The notes under the pieces are model-generated. The model was not told the DNA's origin. It worked only from the letters and a program-made list of their open reading frames with translations, and searched no databases. Positions 58,496-64,000 of a stretch of DNA of 64,000 bases are shown here, one piece after another. Source of the stretch: Promethearchaeota archaeon (GTDB taxonomy: Archaea; Asgardarchaeota; Lokiarchaeia; Sigyniarchaeales; SOKP01); assembly GCA_029838195.1 (NCBI GenBank), contig JALGVJ010000036.1:1-64000 (forward strand). Direction: 5' to 3'. The position numbers were made by a program, and so were the translations under genes. Each line of letters opens with the position of its first letter. Position 1 is the first letter of the stretch.

Positions 58496-59766
58496 TAAAA
58501 TCTCACTTTAAGATACCCTTCATTATCCTTTAGGGGTTTTGTCGCATCAATTCCCCATTTACTCGTAATGCTGTATTTAGCAGAAGGATCCAAGGACGAT
58601 CCTTTAACATTTGGAATTATTAGAAGATCTTTATCTGGTTGCACGCGGGTTGCGACCGCCCATTCCACTTCTTCCAAATTAGTTATATCAATATCCTCAT
58701 CCACGATGATGACCCGTTTTAAACTGGGATGAGCTGCCAAGGCAGCCAAAATGGCATTTTTACCATCGCCTTCCGTTCTTTTTTTAATCTGTACTACAGC
58801 ATGTAACCAACAATTACCACCAGGAGTTAAAACTACATTTCGAACAGTAGGAATGGTATTCGAAACCATTTTATAAATCCGAGGCTCTTGTGGAATGCCC
58901 ATGAGCATTTTATGTTCATTTCCTCCGGGAAGAATTATACGAAAAAGGGGATCCTCGCGATAATAAAGGATTTCTGCTTGAAAAACGGGTTGTTGTCTAA
59001 CCTGATCTAACGTGCCTGTTAAATCAATGAAAGGACCTTCTTCTGCAGTTTCACGGGTTATTTTTCCTAATAGGACGAATTCCGCCTCCGAGGGAACGCT
59101 AATACCATTTGAAAAAGTAAATAAAGATAAATTTCTAAGAAAAGCAGAAGCTAATTGTAATTCATCCAAGCGGGGAGCAGAAAAAGCAGCTGCCAATTCA
59201 ATAGTAGGATGCACCCCAAACACAATGGCAACCTCTAAATCTTTTCCCTTTTGTAAAGCATCTTGATACGCATTATCTAAATGCCGTTGGGCAACAATTC
59301 TGATGGAAAATTTATTATCTCCTAAATACATCATTCTATGAAAAGAGGCATTCAACCGGTCTTCCCCTGGATACTTCACAATAACGATACTTGAAGTAGT
59401 GTATTTCTTATTGCCATAAAAATCAATTAGAGGTAAATAATTATCCACCTCTTGAGAGGCATTCAGTTTTATTTCGTGAGCTAAAAAAGGAGCATCTTGG
59501 GTAAAGGCATAAGATTTAATATTTTCGAGTTTATTCAAGATGAAGGGAATAATTTCATTTTTTTTAATATCAAGCGCTCGTGCAATCATTTCTCTTGAAT
59601 GAAGTAATCCATTAATGATTGGAACGTCATGGTCTTTGATCGTGAATAGTGAGGGTTTTTCTTTCAAGGAACATATCTTTCTTGGTAATTCTTTTAAATT
59701 TATGGGGTGCTCGTGTTTTTTATAATCAATCTTTTTCAAAAAACTTCGCATGGACAAGGGGATCAC
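58495..59766 (-). CDS. UbiD-family decarboxylase; probable trans-anhydromevalonate 5-phosphate decarboxylase
   Basis: NASFHR, EGPFIDLTG, EH..LMG.P.EP, VDEDID...VEWAVATR, GSSLDP, GIDAT; in an operon with AcnX and UbiX. Confidence 0.9.
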   Translation of the reverse strand: MIPLSMRSFLKKIDYKKHEHPINLKELPRKICSLKEKPSLFTIKDHDVPIINGLLHSREMIARALDIKKNEIIPFILNKLENIKSYAFTQDAPFLAHEIKLNASQEVDNYLPLIDFYGNKKYTTSSIVIVKYPGEDRLNASFHRMMYLGDNKFSIRIVAQRHLDNAYQDALQKGKDLEVAIVFGVHPTIELAAAFSAPRLDELQLASAFLRNLSLFTFSNGISVPSEAEFVLLGKITRETAEEGPFIDLTGTLDQVRQQPVFQAEILYYREDPLFRIILPGGNEHKMLMGIPQEPRIYKMVSNTIPTVRNVVLTPGGNCWLHAVVQIKKRTEGDGKNAILAALAAHPSLKRVIIVDEDIDITNLEEVEWAVATRVQPDKDLLIIPNVKGSSLDPSAKYSITSKWGIDATKPLKDNEGYLKVRF

Positions 59767-59770
59767 GATT

Positions 59771-60337
59771 TTATTTTTTTAATTTTTCATGAATATCATC
59801 CCACCGCTTGATATTTGTTTCGATTCCTAACTGATCGAGCAATCTTCCAAGCACGTGATTAAATAATTCCTCAATAGTTTTGGGATGATGATAACAAGTT
59901 GGACTGGGAGGAAATATAATTACTCCTAATTTTGCCAACCGGAGCATGTTTTTTAAATGGATTGCGCTTAATGGACTCTCTCTTGGGACTATAATAAGTT
60001 TTCTTTTTTCTTTAATCATGACATCGGCAGCTCTCGTTATTAAATTATCGGAATATCCATGGGCTATAGCTGATAATGTTTTCATTGAGCAGGGAATGAT
60101 TACCATGGAATCAATCTTAGTTGACCCACTGGCAGGAGGGGCAGTAAGATCTCGGAATTGATAATTTCTTGTGGCTAATTTTTCAATTTCGGCAATATTT
60201 TCGTTGGTTTCAATCGCGATGATTTGTCGAGCAACATCAGAAATGATTAAATCCACGGGAATCTTTCTTTCATGCAATAATTTAAGAAAACGGATTCCTA
60301 ATTCAATACATGTTGCTCCGGAAAGTGCGACTAACAT
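59771..60337 (-). CDS. ubiX: Flavin prenyltransferase UbiX
   Basis: ALSGAT, PASGS, PCSMKTL, RAADV..KE.RKL..VPRESP. Confidence 0.93.
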   Translation of the reverse strand: MLVALSGATCIELGIRFLKLLHERKIPVDLIISDVARQIIAIETNENIAEIEKLATRNYQFRDLTAPPASGSTKIDSMVIIPCSMKTLSAIAHGYSDNLITRAADVMIKEKRKLIIVPRESPLSAIHLKNMLRLAKLGVIIFPPSPTCYHHPKTIEELFNHVLGRLLDQLGIETNIKRWDDIHEKLKK

Positions 60338-60487
60338 GAATGTAATAGTTTTTATTTAAATATGTCTTTTTCTGATAAACAAAAAATTTAAAATGGAATG
60401 GTAAATAATAACTAAAAATTATTAATAAATATTGATTATATTAATCTTAACTTTCAATTTAAAATATCTATTAAAAGGTGAATACAA

Positions 60488-61273
60488 ATTTCAATCGATT
60501 GGGCAAAAATAGAAGAAAAACCGGATTCAAAAATTAAAGTGGAAGGGAAACTTTTATTGGATCTCCGTTCAAAAAACAACGATTTAGAACAAGAAATAGC
60601 CTCCTTGAGGAATAAAGTTTCAAACTTTGAAAAAGAACTATCAGAAAAGAAAAATACAATCACGCAAATTACTAAAGAAAAAGAGAATTTAATTTCCAGT
60701 AAATCTGAGTTAGATAAAAAACTTTCAGAAGCGGACAATTCGATTAAAAATTTGGAAGAAAAATTAGCTGCTGCAAATAATGAAATCAATAATTTAAAAA
60801 CTCAGTTGGATAACACCTCAAAAGAACTAGAGAATCTAAAAAATTCTTTAACTGAGTGCAATGAAGCTAAAAAATCTTTAGAATCTCAATTATCTGAAAA
60901 GCAAAAAGAAATGAATACTCTTAAAGGACAATTAACGGAAAAAGAAAAGGAAATTAATACTCTTAAATCCGATTATGAAAAAGCCACATCAGATTATAAT
61001 GAAGAAACGGAGAAATTGAGAAATTCTCTGGATAAAATCACGTCAGAAAAAGATGCTGAAATTGAATCTCTTAAAAATGAGTTATATAGAAATGTCAATG
61101 AAACGAGTGAATTAAAAGAAAAAATTAAAGAATTAGAAGAAAAAGTCGCATCAACAGAAGAAAAACCCCAGTTAATGGATGTAATTAATGAAGCACGCAG
61201 CTTAATGGCGGTTAAGGGTTTTTTAACTGATAAAGAATTAGAGTCGATTTTAAAAGAAGCTGGAATTGAATAA
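60488..61273 (+). CDS. Coiled-coil protein
   Basis: Continuous heptads. The frame is open upstream of GTG 60539 to ATT 60488, 6 nt after AGGTGA. Confidence 0.75.
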   Translation: MSIDWAKIEEKPDSKIKVEGKLLLDLRSKNNDLEQEIASLRNKVSNFEKELSEKKNTITQITKEKENLISSKSELDKKLSEADNSIKNLEEKLAAANNEINNLKTQLDNTSKELENLKNSLTECNEAKKSLESQLSEKQKEMNTLKGQLTEKEKEINTLKSDYEKATSDYNEETEKLRNSLDKITSEKDAEIESLKNELYRNVNETSELKEKIKELEEKVASTEEKPQLMDVINEARSLMAVKGFLTDKELESILKEAGIE

Positions 61274-61494
61274 TTAATCTCTCATGATTAAAATAAGATA
61301 TTCTTTTTCTTAATTATTATCATTTCGTAAAATGAGAAAATTAAAACTTTATTCGCATCAATTATAAAATTTTTAAATCAACTGATATTTACCCTTCTTT
61401 TTATAAAATAACAAGTATAATTCAAAAAATAAGATTTACAAATAAAATGAAGGTAAATTTCTTTAAAATGAAATTTCATGGATGAAAAATGGAG

Positions 61495-62568
61495 TTAAAA
61501 CGCCCTATTTTTAACGAAATCCAAAAGGTCTTTAAAGAATTCTATTTCTGATGGATTCATATCTGCTTCTAAAGAAGTTAAATAATTTAAAGCAATTTCA
61601 TGGTAATGTTCAGCTTTAGTTTTACAAGCATCAATAACATTTGCCTCTTTAAAAAGCACCTTCACTTCTTCAATTTCATCAGCAGTAATTCCGGTCTTTC
61701 CTATTAAAGCGATCAATTTTTCTTTTTTGGGGCCTTCTAATTTCTCTAACGCAGAAATTAATAAGCATGTTTTTTTACCTTCTCGAATATCACCATCCGT
61801 GGGCTTTCCCGTTAATTTTACATCTCCAAAGGTTCCTAAAATGTCATCAATGATTTGAAAAATTATTCCTAAATTTAACGCAAATTTAGAAATACCGTCC
61901 TTTTGCTTTTTCCCCGCCTTCGCATAGGTGGCTCCAATTAGCGTTGAATATTTTAATAATGCTCCTGTTTTCAGAGAAATCATCGTAATGTATTCTTCAA
62001 TGGAATTGCATTCTCGATTTACCATGTCCATTTCAATGAGCACGCCATTACTCACATCGATAAATGCATTTTCATAATAATTAATTGCTTCAAGATTGAG
62101 TTCTTTTTCAAAATCATTGTTTAGAAAAGCTTCTAAACCCAAGAAAAAAGCAGAATCGCCGCCAATGATTCCAATGCAATTTCCAAAATCAATTTTATCC
62201 ATTTTTTTTATTTTATAGTTTTCGTGATACATCTTATATCTATAGTGGAACGCCGGTTGTCCTCTCCTAAAATCATCTTTATCAATGATATCATCATGAA
62301 TTAAAGAAGCATTATGTAGAAATTCTATGCCCACGCTTGGAATTATGATTCTATCTCCTTCCTCTTTTTTCTTGATAAAAGCATTGTAAGCTGCTATACA
62401 CAAGAGGGGTCTAATCCGCTTCCCTCCCGATAAAAAATAATCCTTTAATTCCGTGTAATAATGCTTTAGAAAGGGATGTTCTTCTCGATTTATTTTATCC
62501 GAGTATATTTTTTCGATGGCAGCATTAATCTTTGGGATGTATAATTGAATATATTTTCCTAATTTCAT
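61495..62568 (-). CDS. Trans-polyprenyl diphosphate synthase (IdsA/GGPPS family)
   Basis: GGKRIRP, FARM LIHDDIID..RRG, KTGAL, SARM FQIIDD, GK..DGDIREGKKT. Confidence 0.93.
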   Translation of the reverse strand: MKLGKYIQLYIPKINAAIEKIYSDKINREEHPFLKHYYTELKDYFLSGGKRIRPLLCIAAYNAFIKKKEEGDRIIIPSVGIEFLHNASLIHDDIIDKDDFRRGQPAFHYRYKMYHENYKIKKMDKIDFGNCIGIIGGDSAFFLGLEAFLNNDFEKELNLEAINYYENAFIDVSNGVLIEMDMVNRECNSIEEYITMISLKTGALLKYSTLIGATYAKAGKKQKDGISKFALNLGIIFQIIDDILGTFGDVKLTGKPTDGDIREGKKTCLLISALEKLEGPKKEKLIALIGKTGITADEIEEVKVLFKEANVIDACKTKAEHYHEIALNYLTSLEADMNPSEIEFFKDLLDFVKNRAF

Positions 62569-62903
62569 GACTTGCCTCTATTTTAACTGATTCTTTACTT
62601 TATTGTACAATTTTTTGTTGTAATTTTGAGCAAGTGTAAATAATAAAGACCAAAATAATGATTGAAATTTCTTTGATTAAATTAAATGAAATGGGACATC
62701 TTTAATCATGGATGTTAAAAAATCTTCAATAATTTAAAAGATCTCCAAATCTTTACAATTCGTAATTGTTACAAATAATAAATAATATCGGAACTCGTAT
62801 TTAATCGCTATATGAGTTAGAAATTTTGAAATTTTTTGTGGTACTTTAAATTACTTTAATTTATTTTGAAATTTAAAAAAAAAATTAAATAGAGTTTCCT
62901 AAA

Positions 62904-64000
62904 CTAATATTTAATTTTAATAGTGGCAATGACATGGGGTTGCAATTGTAGCCAGAGAGAATTCTCGTTAACCATTTTGCATTGAGCTTTTATCGAAGTT
63001 TTTGGAATTTCTTCTAAAAAATTCACCAATTCAGCTGATTTTAATTTCAAAAATTCATTAAAAACAACTTTACTCTCTTCTATTTTGTTAGAAAGATTAT
63101 AACACCTTAAAATTAACTCATTACTCCTCTCAGCTTTTTTTAGAGCACTTAGCTGTATCTTTTTGTTTTCAATTTTAAGAAAACTAAAGTTTTCCGGTAA
63201 ATAATGTTCTACATCTGATGGGCGAGGTTTCATGAAATAGGAGAGAATCCCCATTTGAGCAAAATAGATCTTATCTGCTAGGCGCATGGGTGTCTCAATC
63301 ATCATGGGACAAAGTATTTTTAAGGGATTATTGAATTCCTTTCCTCTACATGGAATCTCAGCATCTAACCAATTCCCCTTACCATTTTCAATTATTAAAG
63401 AAAGTTCAAATTCGTGAGTTCCTAAGCATTGAGCTCCCGGCGTTTTTAGATCAGGACCCGCATTGGATTTTCTTGTAGCCAGATCACCGCGAGATAACCA
63501 TTCAACACACCGTAAAAGAGTGATCGCCAGAGTGATGCTACCATCTTGATTTTTAATGGCTTCATATTCAGGTAATCCTTTATTCAAAACTGCCATGCAA
63601 CGAGATGAATCCTGAACGGCGATGAAATCTTTTTGATGATTCATGGGGAGGGGATCTTGGGCCCATTTACCTGCCTTTTGAATATCTATACTCCTCTCGA
63701 TCACGTAAAAATGTCCATCCGCATGGACCGTTGTCGCTTTAATATTCGAGGGAAATAAAATCCGAATTCTATGATCCTTACTTTTATTTTCGATTTTGAT
63801 TTTGAAATCAATTCGGTTAATCTCTTTGTATAACGAGATAAATACGTCGATCTTATTCTCTATTAATGTTTCAGAGCGTTTATTTCTATTTGGTGTAAGG
63901 GACACGGGAAGGTTTAATGCCATTTTAAGATGTAAAGTTTTTATTGAAGGTCCATCAATAAGAGGAGATATCTCTTTCATGATTAAATTCTGACTGGTGA
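62904..64000 (-). CDS. GH38 alpha-mannosidase family, C-terminal part (5' end outside window)
   Basis: DHRIRILFP, NKGLPEYE, ITLLRCVEWLSRGDL, TPGAQCLG, SALKKAE, LILRCYN. Confidence 0.85.
   Translation of the reverse strand, partial: TSQNLIMKEISPLIDGPSIKTLHLKMALNLPVSLTPNRNKRSETLIENKIDVFISLYKEINRIDFKIKIENKSKDHRIRILFPSNIKATTVHADGHFYVIERSIDIQKAGKWAQDPLPMNHQKDFIAVQDSSRCMAVLNKGLPEYEAIKNQDGSITLAITLLRCVEWLSRGDLATRKSNAGPDLKTPGAQCLGTHEFELSLIIENGKGNWLDAEIPCRGKEFNNPLKILCPMMIETPMRLADKIYFAQMGILSYFMKPRPSDVEHYLPENFSFLKIENKKIQLSALKKAERSNELILRCYNLSNKIEESKVVFNEFLKLKSAELVNFLEEIPKTSIKAQCKMVNENSLWLQLQPHVIATIKIKY

Noticed and set aside
1-64000. CRISPR array or cas genes
   Set aside because: No regularly spaced repeats or Cas motifs found.

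Overview
AT-rich chromosomal window that looks like an Asgard archaeon, most likely Lokiarchaeia. The taxonomy is inferred from an actin-family protein, a gelsolin-domain protein, two roadblock proteins, an MglA-like GTPase, longin-like domains, Loki-type LRR proteins, archaeal multi-intron tRNAs and a 23S rRNA fragment with an enlarged ES39. The right third (42.6-62.6 kb) holds an almost complete archaeal modified mevalonate/isoprenoid pathway: uppS, HMG-CoA synthase with a Cys-rich C-terminal extension, class II HMG-CoA reductase, MVK, an IPK-IDI2 fusion, AcnX large/small subunits, UbiD, UbiX and a trans-prenyltransferase. The best candidate for an undescribed system is a co-oriented run at 11.4-18.2 kb. 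It places a divergent actin beside a disordered/coiled-coil protein, an alpha-solenoid with a catalytically dead CHAT-like domain, a coiled-coil with a dead PLD-like domain, and a degenerate GH63-like protein. Features missing from the ORF track include an internally deleted 3' piece of 23S rRNA fused to a protein gene, two tRNAs with two introns each, many shredded gene relics in spacers, and probable ATT start codons. All calls come from motif recognition by eye; no searches were run.
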